A stretch of DNA of 64,000 bases from Octopus sinensis (Eukaryota): assembly GCF_006345805.1 (NCBI RefSeq), contig NC_043023.1, forward strand, positions 7,006,001-7,070,000, given 5' to 3'. A program made the translations under genes and the position numbers. Numbering within the stretch: the first letter of the stretch is position 1; each line of letters starts with the position of its first letter. Shown here piece by piece: positions 46,707 through 56,139 of this stretch. The notes below the pieces were generated by a model. It made no database searches and had not been told where the DNA came from. It was given only the letters and a program-made list of their open reading frames with translations.

Positions 46707-47599
46707 TCATTAGTCACTGACTCTTTCATGTATTCACATACATTCTGGTTTACATACACTCCATCTCTCTCTCACTATCTTATACACCCTCTGTCACACA
46801 TTCCCAACCTCTATCCCTCACTGCCTCACTCAGTCTGTCTAGTCTCTTTCTCTCTCTCATTCACTAACATGCACTCTCTCTCTCTCGTTCATTGACTCTC
46901 ATTTATTGGAAATCACACACTCACTCTTTCTCACACCCTCTTTCATACCGACACACCAACTCTCACACACTATCTTGTGCACCCTTTGTCATGCACTTAC
47001 ACACCCTGTTCCTCACTACTTCACTCACCCTGTCTAGTCTCTCTCTCTCTCTACTATTCACTGACTCTCTCTCTCTCTACTATTCACTGACTCTCTCTCT
47101 CTTTCTCTCTCTTCATTAGTCACTGACTCTTTCATGTATTCACATACATTCTGGCTCACATACTACACACCATCTCTCTCTCACTATCTTATACACCCTC
47201 TGTCACACATTCCCAACCTCTATCCCTCTCTGCCTCACTCATTTTGTCTAGTTTCTCTCTCACATTCATTAACATACACTCTCTCTCATTCACTAACATA
47301 CACTTTCTCTCTCTCTCTCTCTCTCTCTCTCATTCATTGACTCTCATTTATTGGAAATCACACACTCACTCTTTCTCACACCCTCTTTCATACAGACATA
47401 CCAACTCTCACTCACTATCTTATGCACCCTTTGTCACAAACTCACAACCTCTGTCCCTCGCTGTCTCACTGACACTCTTTGATCTTTCTCTCCACAGGAC
47501 ATGCCCTCTTTCACCCAGAGTGTTAACCGATTTGTCAATGACCTCCGCTACTATCGTCTCATCAACAGCAGTTTGCCAGCCGGCTCCTTCAAGTTTTGA
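1..47599 (+). CDS. XPO6: Exportin-6 (RanBP20), 3' part of a multi-exon gene, 17 coding exons in window, 5' end outside window
   Basis: Spliced exons give one 2268-nt frame (755 aa + stop) that follows the vertebrate XPO6 sequence as I recall it: TDFLRLFVSIHLRR..FKYTFRQ/PTNDGFYSCLDIWTVFLDYL../QFRYNQSQLEELDDESLDDD/..TEWQHYLRQ../..KSHDLLQEEIAISVYNMASVDFD../DMPSFTQSVNRFVNDLRYYRL..GSFKF*. All introns are GT-AG with matching phases. Confidence 0.97.
560..890. mobile_element. Fragments of a second TTAA/CCCTT-terminus MITE family (also 2883-2955 and 51690-52030)
   Basis: Shared body ending gaatgctaaagggttaa; matching left end ttaaccctttggcatt at 2883. Confidence 0.55.
892..1230 (-). mobile_element. 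(GAT)n-tailed SINE with RTE-like 3' end
   Basis: catcatcat..cgctttccatgctggcatgggttggacgg..ggatacccttcctaa; RTE link inferred from tail type. Confidence 0.75.
1275..1624 (+). mobile_element. (GAT)n-tailed SINE
   Basis: Internal 45-60-bp repeats, ggaagggcatcc motif, ends ggacgttaaacgatgatgat. Confidence 0.8.
1799..1908 (+). CDS. XPO6: XPO6 exon
   Basis: ttttcag|PTNDGFYSCLDIWTVFLDYLHSKSEMRTADHEEVTN(R)|gtaaga. Confidence 0.95.
2125..2730 (-). mobile_element. (GAT)n-tailed SINE, near full length
   Basis: Tail at 2125, internal tandem repeats, 5' segment at 2580-2730. Confidence 0.8.
4201..4309 (+). CDS. XPO6: XPO6 exon
   Basis: ttgcag|YKPALQSLVSHILQKLQFRYNQSQLEELDDESLDDD|gtaagt. Confidence 0.95.
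5140..5843 (-). pseudogene. Internally deleted, decayed mariner transposase with 5' TIR remnant
   Basis: Minus strand from 5663: MDRKLEQRPNMKFCVKLGKSATERLSML*..W..FKS.RTSLEGDERSGRP joined to CGIV.*EFVPQGQTINQEFY..ILK.LKEDIQ*K*PDLWS.KNW; TIR-like ctatcaaaagatttccagact near 5822-5842. Confidence 0.85.
6455..6620 (-). pseudogene. Second fragment of the same deleted mariner
   Basis: SGRPTTSVTP|WKCDIV..VLKHL.GDIQRKRSDLLSVKNW, same deletion junction. Confidence 0.75.
6985..7580. repeat. Degenerate C/T/A-rich minisatellite (cactcacctctactcc..)
   Basis: Nearly G-free repeated 20-40-nt motifs ending just before exon 7600. Confidence 0.85.
7600..7692 (+). CDS. XPO6: XPO6 exon
   Basis: cattag|SETEWQHYLRQCLEVIAKVGEILSQETFQLL|gtaagt; absent from the supplied ORF track. 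Confidence 0.93.
7986..8522 (-). mobile_element. (AAT)n-flanked 550-bp element
   Basis: Reverse complement of 33171-33717, TTA tracts on both sides. Confidence 0.85.
8559..8995 (-). repeat. Two near-identical internally deleted copies of the (AAT)n element (235-bp period)
   Basis: Both carry the same deletion junction atcaagattaacagaagcc. Confidence 0.85.
9202..9434 (+). CDS. XPO6: XPO6 exon
   Basis: ttcccag|NDLFQEYTEVYLGLEQYVVP..TAENECRRLHCILRDLSSL..LVQ(R)|gtaagt. Confidence 0.95.
9788..10110 (+). mobile_element. tRNA-derived SINE (representative copy)
   Basis: A box tggctcagtggttag, B box gttcgaatcc, then gtgttcttgagcaagacact; related copies at 3320-3600 and 29395-29720. Confidence 0.8.
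10408..10720 (-). mobile_element. Degenerate mini-Helitron, third family
   Basis: a|ctagctgttggacctggcgttgctc matches the shared 3' end with a decayed hairpin; different body; ends near cacagac and (TA)n. Confidence 0.55.
11063..11691. mobile_element. Three tandem copies (250-bp period, third truncated) of a TTAA-flanked piggyBac-like MITE
   Basis: ttaa-ccctt ... aaggg-ttaa termini at 11063, 11313 and 11564; shared 23-bp spacer. Confidence 0.72.
11755..11847 (+). CDS. XPO6: XPO6 exon
   Basis: tttcag|LVHCVAYSGSAKLYEVSSIAQTVLQPDFIE(V)|gtaagt. Confidence 0.92.
12228..12745 (+). mobile_element. (GAT)n-tailed SINE
   Basis: Same family, (GAT)n tail at 12727-12745; a reverse fragment follows at 13175-13350. 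Confidence 0.8.
13474..13621 (+). CDS. XPO6: XPO6 exon
   Basis: ttacag|HAQALATLKAFAHWLSQYHSE..LPLFRKQ|gtcaga. Confidence 0.93.
14179..14427. mobile_element. hAT-type MITE (249 bp)
   Basis: TIRs caggactgtggagtca / tgactccacagccctg; 8-bp TSD cttagtat / cttaatat (7 of 8 match). Confidence 0.8.
14480..25824 (-). mobile_element. Tandem array of 28 non-autonomous Helitron units (one 723-bp unit plus 27 units of about 390-400 bp)
   Basis: On the minus strand each unit starts TCTCTCTATATATAAAGC and ends CCCGAGCAACACCGGG (hairpin) + CGATACTG + CTAG. Junctions read CTAG|TC (+ strand gagaga|ctagcagt, e.g. 15203, 15596, 15990 ... 25425). The array is flanked by A and T, matching the Helitron target dinucleotide. 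Confidence 0.88.
25843..25989 (+). CDS. XPO6: XPO6 exon
   Basis: cctcag|IPEKIVQSAAHLLLSLMVTVRPSYLL..KDMPQE|gttagt. Confidence 0.93.
26005..27300. repeat. Diverged tandem repeat, about 140-150-bp unit, about 7 copies
   Basis: Recurrent catagtgtatctaggactacattatctaatgtatag..tcaaagatgttccagctgtgaccatc. Confidence 0.85.
26105..26392 (-). mobile_element. tRNA-derived SINE inserted in the 145-bp tandem repeat
   Basis: Reverse tRNA-like head at 26325-26390; same family at 58870-59200 and 59800-60145. Confidence 0.7.
27397..27805 (-). mobile_element. (GAT)n-tailed SINE
   Basis: Same family; a short reverse copy also at 7725-7955. Confidence 0.8.
27897..28086 (+). CDS. XPO6: XPO6 exon
   Basis: tggcag|VQLLLYRALSHYLLLPWPHLSDTDQDW..ALQES|gtgagt. 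Confidence 0.93.
29741..30138 (-). mobile_element. Mini-Helitron, same family as 40189-40578
   Basis: + strand a|ctagcagtatcgcccggcgttgctcggg; body is the reverse complement of the 40189 copy; 5' TC lost next to a SINE. Confidence 0.82.
30140..30545 (-). mobile_element. Bipartite tRNA/CORE-like SINE with central (TA)/(CA) microsatellite (representative intact copy)
   Basis: Head tggctgtgtggtaag..gggttcagtccc..ccttgggcaagtg (A/B-box-like plus CORE-like motif), microsatellite, 3' module ending gaaaagagtaaaag. Other copies or parts at 2990-3312, 3715-3877, 4860-5135, 5845-6430, 12060-12210, 13740-14135, 28200-28645, 28690-29010, 44935-45322, 52200-53040, 62256-62600, 62990-63190. Confidence 0.8.
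30630..30785 (+). CDS. XPO6: XPO6 exon
   Basis: ccacag|KCLIENTLK..KSKQICYQSLHEIVQVTLAIFPVYIHQP|gtgcgt. Confidence 0.94.
31044..31740 (+). mobile_element. 5'-truncated RLE-type (R4/Dong-like) non-LTR retrotransposon 3' end, copy 1 (frameshifted)
   Basis: C..LAPTEYLNRHD, NRPDI, IDMTVP and KLSKYKDL motifs; 3' UTR then (AAT)n; three 1-nt deletions relative to copy 2. Confidence 0.85.
32110..32809 (+). mobile_element. 5'-truncated RLE-type (R4/Dong-like) non-LTR retrotransposon 3' end, copy 2 (open 172-codon frame)
   Basis: Same zinc-knuckle tail and PD..D..K restriction-like endonuclease motifs, stop at 32626, flanked by TAA repeats. Confidence 0.87.
33171..33717 (+). mobile_element. About 550-bp non-coding element bounded by (AAT)n at both ends
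   Basis: Starts aatgccctgatgcagtac, ends gcactgctctctcactc|aataat; other copies at 7986-8522, 55200-55755 and 34078-34910. Confidence 0.85.
34422..34800 (-). mobile_element. Dispersed, truncated copy of the array Helitron family
   Basis: Matches 14480-14580 joined to the 14865-15150 region of the long array unit. Confidence 0.8.
34965..35079 (+). CDS. XPO6: XPO6 exon
   Basis: ttgcag|TADHILSFFLAVFQGLRVQMGVNFTEGIIQTFMGLFT(R)|gtgagt. Confidence 0.94.
35120..35460 (+). mobile_element. (GAT)n-tailed SINE
   Basis: Same family. Confidence 0.8.
35640..35996 (-). mobile_element. Dispersed 5' part of the array Helitron family
   Basis: Homologous to the array unit; minus strand begins A|TCTATACATATAAAGCTGAAG. 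Confidence 0.8.
36015..36247 (+). mobile_element. SINE family ggcggcgagctggcaga.. (representative copy)
   Basis: gttcaaattcc B-box-like motif, gcctttcatcctttcggggtcga central domain; other copies at 4600-4855, 38490-38690, 43900-44065, 53474-53870, 55778-56110, 60400-60632. Confidence 0.78.
36475..36534 (+). CDS. XPO6: XPO6 exon (60 nt)
   Basis: ttttcag|EQLTENILHENSAGCRVVE(K)|gtgagt. Confidence 0.93.
36720..37195 (-). mobile_element. Two tandem copies of a tRNA-derived SINE (about 240-bp period)
   Basis: ttccttctcaag.catgccaggctcata..ggaatcgaaaccacaatctta..ccctaaccacta twice; related pieces at 57670-57890 and 62650-62945. Confidence 0.75.
37569..37727. repeat. Long hairpin / probable TA-flanked MITE (63-bp arms, 33-nt loop)
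   Basis: 37569-37631 pairs with 37665-37727 with a single G.T mismatch. Confidence 0.9.
37765..37885. repeat. 23-bp tandem repeat (about 5 copies) inside a DNA-transposon-like remnant also seen at 50535-50720
   Basis: Unit about aaaaccgtggcctgttcactgac; flanks at 37375-37500 and 37740 match 50535-50715. Confidence 0.7.
39012..39123 (+). CDS. XPO6: XPO6 exon
   Basis: ccacag|FLRILELIVQEPGSAFKAFLPSIISVCMDQIYPVVAQ|gtaaga. Confidence 0.94.
39452..39610 (+). CDS. XPO6: XPO6 exon
   Basis: tttcag|RPSPDIKAMLYKLLFEFFLNNWRYYFKG..QFIAIMQ|gtaaga. Confidence 0.95.
39780..40170 (-). mobile_element. (GAT)n-tailed SINE
   Basis: Same family. Confidence 0.8.
40189..40578 (+). mobile_element. Single intact mini-Helitron (390 bp), second family
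   Basis: A|TCTTTATATATAAAA ... CCCGAGCAACACCGGG-TGATACTG-CTAG|T; no target-site duplication. Confidence 0.85.
41609..41707 (+). CDS. XPO6: XPO6 exon
   Basis: tgccag|AFGQSFLQPDIALFRQNLESLETLNTKWKLYHK|gtaaga. Confidence 0.95.
42020..42322 (+). mobile_element. (GAT)n-tailed SINE
   Basis: Same family; further + copies at 44080-44485 and 53880-54230. Confidence 0.8.
43097..43148 (-). ncRNA. Candidate degenerate minimal type I hammerhead ribozyme (Penelope-like)
   Basis: Minus strand TGAG-CTGATGA-tagaaatgtcgagttgactaatctt-GAAAC-GTAC-GTT-CTCA: intact core boxes, 4-bp stem I, palindromic stem III, imperfect stem II. Confidence 0.4.
43482..43641. repeat. Perfect 160-bp palindrome with no spacer
   Basis: Two 80-bp arms meeting at aaat|attt (43561/43562); arms read as exact reverse complements. 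Confidence 0.93.
44557..44787 (+). CDS. XPO6: XPO6 exon
   Basis: ttccag|KVFREALLYQFLNVFIQVLLQKSHDLLQEEI..GQNFKMDK|gtaagt. Confidence 0.96.
45810..47480. repeat. Degenerate CT/CA-rich tandem repeat, unit roughly 170-250 bp
   Basis: Recurrent cacactatcttatgcaccctctgtcac..cactcagtctgtctagtctct blocks ending at the last exon acceptor. Confidence 0.8.
47498..47599 (+). CDS. XPO6: XPO6 last coding exon with stop codon
   Basis: ccacag|DMPSFTQSVNRFVNDLRYYRLINSSLPAGSFKF TGA. Confidence 0.96.
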   Translation, partial: DMPSFTQSVNRFVNDLRYYRLINSSLPAGSFKF

Positions 47600-48089
47600 A
47601 CCCACAACCAAGCCGACTGTCACCGGACTGTTTAATTAATTAATTAACTAAACTAAAATGACCACCTCCTCTCATTCACATACTCCACTGGAATGGACAT
47701 ACCTGCTGCCAAAAACTCACATGGATTCAACAGAAGCACTAAAGCTTATTGGTCCCAACCTGCCTGATCTTGGTGTATGTGGGTCGACGGAGAGAGGGAG
47801 AGAGAGCGTGGTCGACCTCTTTGTGACCTTTACATGCGGTGACCTTTCGCCTTTGTCTGCCTCATTTGGGGTTGACCTCAGAAAGGTCACCTCCGCCATG
47901 ACCTTTTGCTATAATTACTGCCGAATTCTTGTACTGACTCCAAATCTATGCCTGTCTGCTCCCCATATCTCCAACACCCCATTTGTCCCCCACCCCTCCT
48001 TGTCCCTCTCCCTCGTCCCAGTGGTGTTCTGGTGTCTGCCCGAGTGACCTCTTGTGTACTACTCACATAATCAATGTTATTTCCATTTG

Positions 48090-48834
48090 ATTGTGCATAT
48101 GTGTGTGTATAAATATATATATATATATATACATACATACATACATACACACACACATATATAGATATATGCATATATATATATATATATACACACACAC
48201 ATATATATATATACATACATACATATATATATATATATACACATACATACATATACACACACATATATAGATAGATATATGTATATATATATATATATGC
48301 ATATATATATATATATATATACACATATATATATACATACATACATATATATATATATACCTATATATATATACACACACATATATATACACATACATAC
48401 ATACACACACACACACACATATAATATATCCTGCTGTCTACCAGACCAGTCACCTGTCCTCACCCATCCCCCCGGACTTTTAGTTGCCCCACCCCCCACT
48501 TGTGTTGCAAAGAGCTCACAGCACCTGAGAACAAGATCCTTTCATTACCCTTCTCCCCGCCCCCCCCTAATTATCAGGTACGACAAGGAACAGAAAGTTT
48601 TGTGCTTTTTTTTACACTGCTGCACCCGAGGGCACACCTCGTCCCCTATCCTAGCTACCCCTTCAGTTTCCAACTAACTTCTGCTGTCTGGCTGAATGGC
48701 GACATCTGTCTGCTGGGTGTCCCATGTCGTCTGTGTGTCCCGTCCTGTCCCGTCCTGTCCCCATGTCCTCCAGAGATATTTACGTCTGTGGGACCAGTCA
48801 TATACATTGACAACAAACGTGTTATATATATATA

Positions 48835-48874
<40 letters not shown>

Positions 48875-49553
48875 GTGTGTGTATATATATATATATGTAT
48901 ATATATGTATATATTATATATATATATGTGTATATATATATGTATATATATATATATATATGTGTATATATATTATGTATGTATATATGTATATATATAT
49001 GTGTATGTATATGTATGTATATATGTATATATATATGTGTATATATATGTGTTATTATATAGGTGTATATATATGGTATATATGTGTATATATGTATATA
49101 TGTGTGTATATATGTAATATAATGTGTGTGATATATGTATATATATAGGTGTATATATGTATATATATATGTGTATTATATGTATATATATATGTATATA
49201 TATATGTGTATATTATATGTATATGTATATATATATGTGTATATATATGTATATATATGTATATATATGTGTATATATATATGTATATGTATATATATAT
49301 GTGTATATATATATGTATATATATGTGTGTGTATATATATATATATATCTGTATGTATGTATATATATATATATCTGTATGTATGTATATATATACATAC
49401 ATACATATACACACACACACACGTGTATATGTGTATGTATATATGTATGCATGTATATGTATATATATATATGTGTGTGCATGTATATATATGTATGCTT
49501 GTGTGTGTGTGTGTGTGTATATGTATGCTTGTGTATATATATATATGCTTGTG

Positions 49554-49607
<54 letters not shown>

Positions 49608-50535
49608 AGAGAGAGAGATTTCAGGTTAGCACATCCTGAATTGATACAAGAGTATCATGCCAAGGGACCTCATCCTACATCAACACCAGACCACCCCACC
49701 CCACTCCACTCCACTCCAAAACATAAACCCACATAACCGTACCCTCCCTCTGTCACCACAACCAACCGGCCCCTGCCTCTCATCCTCACTGCCCTGTAAC
49801 GACCCACCTCTCGTTCTCTGGTCGTCATCAGATGTCACGAGAACGCAACCGGGTGCCATGTGCTCCTATTTGTAGGCAGTACTTGCCTTTAGAGTACCAC
49901 TGCAGTATTGAATGATTACAATGTCCCCCTTCCAGGGCAGCTCGCCCTCCAGAAATACTAGTCAAACACCTACAAAGATTCTTCTTCCTCTTTTCATTAT
50001 CATCGTCGTCGTCACCATCCTTTAATGTCCAGTGTGCTTTGCATGATAAGCTCAGACGGAATTTGTCGAGGCATGTTTTTGTATGGCTGGATGCGTTCCC
50101 TGTTGTCAGCTGTCATCTGATTCTAAGGAAATGTATTACACAGACACACATGCACACACACACACACATATATACATACATACACGTGTGGTGTGTGTGT
50201 GCATATATATATATATGTGCATATGTATACATATATATGTATGTATGAATGTATATGTATACATATATATATGCATGTGTGTGTGTATGTATGTATACAT
50301 ATGTATATGTATGCATATGTATATATATATATCTATATATATATATATATCTTATAATATATATATGCATGTATGTATGTTATATATATATATATATGCA
50401 TGTATGTATATGTTCATGTATGCATATGTACGAATATATATGTTTATGTATGTATATATATATATATGTATGCACGAATATGTATGTATCTATAGGTATC
50501 TATCTATCTATATATATATATATATATATATATTA
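48090..50535. repeat. Large degenerate (TA)/(TG)/(CA) microsatellite blocks (48090-48425, 48820-49605, 50130-50535)
   Basis: Direct reading; source of the YIYI-type pseudo-ORFs. Confidence 0.95.
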
Positions 50536-52831
50536 CGGAGATGTACTTGCATAGCGAGTGACCTGATCTGAGATTGTGTGCTGGAATGAAAACAATTGCA
50601 GCGTGGAAGGTGTTTATAAGCCATTTAAGAAACACACAAAAACCGTTTGATTCACTTCAACATTTAAGTTTAATTTGTCAAAATATTTTCGTCGCTAAAA
50701 ACCACGACCTGTTCTGATGTTTTATTTCTCCTCCTTGGCCCCTGTTGCTCTTCTTGTCACCAATCCTCACCCCCCCCCCCCTGTGTCCAACCAAATTAAT
50801 ATTTAATCCCCGATTGACTCAAGTCTTCTAAGTGAAAACTCAGAGTAAAAGGCTTAAATGGCTGGTGTTAGCGATGGAGTACGGTGCCAGGTGGATTTAT
50901 AACCATCTGTAAAAGACCTAGGTATACTCAGCCACTTAGATTTTCATACGATGAATATGTCAATCAGTTAATCAAATCACTGAACAGTCATCGTTGGAAC
51001 TGGTGGATATCACCATTGTTTATTCGATATCAGCTTTTCTATGCTTTCATGGGTCGTATGGAAGTTGCCGAGGCAAATTTTCCTACAGCTGGGTGCCTTC
51101 CCTGTCATCAACCTTTCACCTGTTTGCAAACCAGGTAATATTTTCCCCCGTGGCTAGAGATGTCTTCGGAGAATATTGGAAACGAACGACACTGCTTGTA
51201 TGACAGTGACACTCGTTTACGACTATCATGCTATACCAAGACAAGGACACACAAACACACACGTATGCATTGGCGTCATCATCATCATTCAGTGTTTTAA
51301 ATCCAGGTTTTTTCCCCGTGAACGGGGGTGGCCAGGTTTACCTCAAATGCCATAGCAACTGAGGCAGGTAGGTGCAGCCCACCCCAACCTTTGGGCTGGC
51401 TGGTGCCCATTCTCCCTTGCTATCATGTGGCTTTTTTGGAGCTAGATTTTCCACAGGGGGCATGCCCTTGCTTACCCCTAACCTCAGTTTCTAGACATGA
51501 GTGGTCCTGAGACCAAGGGCTCTACCACGATTTTTAAGAAATGTGGTGGAAAAGTAGCTCAAGAAGGCATGGGTACTACTCCCTGAGACCCCTTTCGGAG
51601 CGCCCCTACCTACATATCTTTTATATATATTTTATTGGTTTCAACCAGAGACTGAAGCCATATGTTTTAAGTTCAAAAGAACTAGGTCAGGCCTCTCATA
51701 CCTACCCTGCAGTATCATTCTAAAAATAAACAATCCCATCGTTGAAATCTCAGAGCTGTGAGATAATCCATGATTAATTCAAAACAATACAAATAAATAA
51801 GCATTACATTTGACAGTAGTTTGAATGTGTAAGGGTTAAACTGGTCATGCCCAGCCCCTGTTTTATGTTCGAACTGACCAGATCTGGCTTTTCTTACCTT
51901 CCATATAATGCCATTCTAAAAATAAACAATCCCATCATCGAAATAACAAAGCTATGAGATAATCCATGATTAATTCAAAGCAGTGTGTATAAATATATAT
52001 CCATTTGATAATCTGAATGTTCAAGGGTTGAAATTAGAATATATATACATTTGTTCAGACTGGTTTCAACTGGAAGAAACCGGATTAAATTAGAATACAC
52101 TGAAGCAGGCTGGTTTAAATTGGTAGACATTGGGTCGGACTAGATTAAACTGGGAAACATTGGAACAGGTCAGATTAAATCTAGTTATATCTGTAATATA
52201 TTGGATTACTCTTTTACTTGTTTCAGTCATTTGACTGTGGCCATGCTAGAGCACCACCTTTATAGTCGAGCAAATCGACCCCAGGACTTATTCTTTGTCA
52301 GCCTAGTACTTATTCTGTCGGTCTCTTTTGCTGAACTGCTAAGTTACGGGGACGTAAACACACCAGTATCGGTTGTCAAGCGATGTTGGGGCGACAAACA
52401 CAGACACACAAACACACACACATATATATATATATATACGACAGGCTTCTTTTAGTTTCCGTCTACCAAATCCACTCACAAGGCTTTGGTTGGCCTGAGG
52501 TTATAGTGGAAAACACTTGCTCAAGGTCCCACACAGTGGGACTGAACCCAGAGCCATGTGGTTGGGAAGCAAGCTTCTTACCACACAGCCACTCCTATAC
52601 ATGTATATATATTCTTTTACTTGTTTTAGTCAGTTGGCTGTGGCCATGCTGGGGCACTGCCTTGAAGGGTTTTAGTCGAACAAATTGACTCCAGGACTTA
52701 TTTTTTTATAAAGCCTAGTACTTTTTCTATTGGTCTCTGTAGTTGAACTGCTAAGTTACAAGGACATAAACACACCAACATTGTCAAGCGATGATGGTGG
52801 CGGGGGACAGACAGAGACCTATATACATACA

Positions 52832-52869
<38 letters not shown>

Positions 52870-55199
52870 TATGATGGGCTTCTTTCAGTTTCCGTTTACC
52901 AAATCTACTCCCAATGCTACAGTAGAAAACATCTGCCCAAGGGCTGTAGTAGAAGACACACCCAAGGTGCTGTGCTGTGGTATTGAACCAGAATTCACAT
53001 GGTTTGCAAAGTGAGCTTCTTAACCACATGGCTATGCCTGCCTAGCTGTAGCTGGACATACAAGAGCACGCCGGAACCTACCACAATAAACTGGAACATA
53101 CCAGAATAAACCTGAACATACCTGGGTAGATTGGAATGAACTAGGAAACCCTAAATCAGAACTGGAGGAAACTAGATGAAACTGGAATGGACCAAAACAG
53201 GTTGGAATAATCCAGAATACACTAAGGTCGCAAATTCACTGAATTGTTACTGCACTGCGCAAAATGCTTTGTGACATGTTGCCAGTCTTGATGTTCTGAG
53301 TTCAAATTCTGCCAAGGTTGATTTTTTGCCTTTCCTCATTTCAAGGTCAATAAAATAAATACCAGTTATGTACTGGGGTTGATGTAATTGACTAGCTCCC
53401 TTCTTCAAAGTTTCAGGCCTTATGCTAAAATTTGAAATCATCATCATCATCATTATTATTATTATTATTATTAAGGTGGTGAGGTGGCAGATCTGTTAAC
53501 ATGCCAGGCTAAAGGCTTAGCAGTATTCTGCTCACCGCTACGTTCTGAGTTCAAATTCTGCTGAGGTTGACTTTGCCTTTTATCCTTTCGGGGTCGATAA
53601 ATTAAGTACCAGTTGAGTATTGGGGTCGATGTGATCAGCTGTCCTCCTCCCCACAAAATCCAGGCCGTGTGCCTATAGTAGAAAAGATTATTATTAATGT
53701 TGGCAGTGCTTAGCACTGTATTTTGTCTGTGTTCTGAGTTCAAATTTCACCGAGGTCAGATTTGCCTTTCATCCTTTTTGGGGGTCGGTGAAGTAAGTAC
53801 CAGTTGAGAATTAAGGTTGATGTAATCAAGTTACCCCCACCCCCTTGAAAATTGCTGGCTTTGTGCCAAGATTTGAAACCAAGCGAGGTCATTGCCAGTA
53901 CTGCCTGGCTGGCCCCATGCCGTGGCACATAAAAGGGCACCATTCGAGCGTGATTGTTACCAACGTCGCCTTACTGGCACCTGTGCCAGTGGTATGTGTA
54001 AAAATATTCGAGCGAGGTCATTGCCTGACTGGCCCCCGTGCTCGTGGCACGTAAAAAGCATCCACTACACTCTCGGAGTGGTTGGCATTCGGAAGGGCAT
54101 CCAGCTGTAGAAACTCTGCCAAATCAAGATTGGAGTCTGGTGCAGCCATCTGGTTTCCCCAGCCCTCAGTCAAAATCGTCCAACCCATGCTAGCATGGAA
54201 AGCGGACGTTAAACGATGATGAGGATGATGAAGTGGCAAGCTGGCAGATTATGTGGGTTGATGGGGTAGCAGAATTGACAGTGTGTTGACAGTTGGATAA
54301 AGTGCCTCGTGGTGTTACGTTTTTGAGTTCTAATCCAGCCAAAGTCAGTTTTTTTTTTCCCCTCTACCCCCTTTTAAAAAAAAATTTATTTTTCATCCTT
54401 TCTGGGTAACAGGCAGGTTGACAAATAATTAAGTACCAGTTAACGAACTGCAGTGGTTGATTTAATCGACTGTGATCTATCCAACCCAACAACAACAACA
54501 AAAAAGGGAAAAGAATAATAATTAAGTAAAAATTTGAGGTTTTGTGCCATTGTAAGAAATTACAATTAATTTTCCACCTTTGATCCTTTGCCCTCCTCTG
54601 TTTTTTTTAACCCCACCCCCCTCCGCTCCATCATATTTTTGTTTTTTTTTTTTTTTTCCTTTTTTCTTCTTTTTTTTTTCCTGTCTTTTCTCCACTGCTG
54701 CAGTCCGCTGTTCCTCTGCTGCAACACTGCTGTGTAATACAAAAGAATAAATAAATGAAAAAAAAGACCCCAAAAAAATTTCAAAAACTATTCCCTGAAA
54801 GGTCTACTACGAACTCCTTGTCCCAATCCTGACCACCCCCATACATTTCCTACCCCCCCCCAATTCCTCTTCCCCTTCTCTTGTACAGATTATATATATA
54901 TATATGTATATATATATTTATATCTACATACATATATATATATATATATATAAGAAATAAAGAATGAGCTTCTTTTTCAAGAATATGTGTTTTGTTTTGC
55001 TTTTCATTGTTTAAACTTAGGTTTTAGGTTGATAACTGGGTGCCAGAGTTCAAATCCTGCTGAGGCCAGCTTTACCTTTTAATCCTTTTGGGGCTCAATG
55101 AGATAAAGTACGAGAATTGATGGTATCAGGTAACCACCATCTCATCGACAATATACTGGCCTTGAGTCTAAATTTGAAATCATTATTATTATTATTATT

Positions 55200-55755
55200 G
55201 AGTGAGAGAGCAGTGCATGCCATCAAAGTGACACTGGGGTAAAATATACGAAGCCCAGTATACCCATCATGACTACCCGTCTGATAAGGGTACACCAGGC
55301 ACATGCATCACAACCATATGTGTGTGACATGGTGATCTCATATCAAGATAAACAGCACATGACTTTACAGGTGGGGCCCAGTTAGAATTTTCTTCTGGTC
55401 GAGTAACCCATCCCACACAAAAGGTCCCTGAATAAGGATTGTTTAAGGATGTTGAAAGAACCACCCATGTTTCCAGAGGTGAACTATTCAAACCCCAAAG
55501 AATCCCTCTCAACACATGGCTATGATGCTCCCCCACTATTTCTGCTCGTGATCAGAGATACACATATCGTCAGCCACTAAGGGACATGCTCAACTGGTTA
55601 AGGTCAAACAACTGACAAGCAAATCTGTGGTATTGAGCAGAATATTTGCTGTAGCCCATCTTTTATACCAAGGCAAAACAATGTACATGATAACACTTCC
55701 AATCAGCTAAGATCAGAAGCCATGAGAACCACTGCCTGGTACTGCATCAGGGCAT
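55200..55755 (-). mobile_element. (AAT)n-flanked 550-bp element
   Basis: Full-length reverse copy between TTA tracts. Confidence 0.85.
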
Positions 55756-56139
55756 TTATTATTATTATTATTATTAAGGCAGCAAGCTGGCAGAATTGGT
55801 AGCACACCAGGCAAAATGCTTAGTGGCATTTCATCCGTCTTTACATTCCGAGTTCAAATTCCACTGAGGATGACTTTACCTTTCAGGGTGGATAAATTAA
55901 GTACCAGTGAAACATTGGGGTTGATGTAACTGACTAGTCGCATCACCACAAATTTGAGGCCTTGTGCTTAGCATGCCGGGCAAAGTGCTTAGGGGTATTT
56001 TGTCTGCCGTTACGTTCTGAGTTCAAATTGCGCTGAGGTCGACTGCCTTTCATTCTTTCGGGGTCGATTAAATAAGTACCAGTTATGCACTGGAGTTGAT
56101 ATAATCGACTTTTGGAAATATGCTGTGCTTGAGAAGACT

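Noticed and set aside
47887-50571. Long YIYI/CVCV ORFs (also 9513-9909 and 61187-62139)
   Set aside because: Translations of dinucleotide microsatellites.
52055-53225. Weak 10-bp periodic sequence at 52055-52190 and 53050-53225
   Set aside because: Too degenerate to define a unit by eye.
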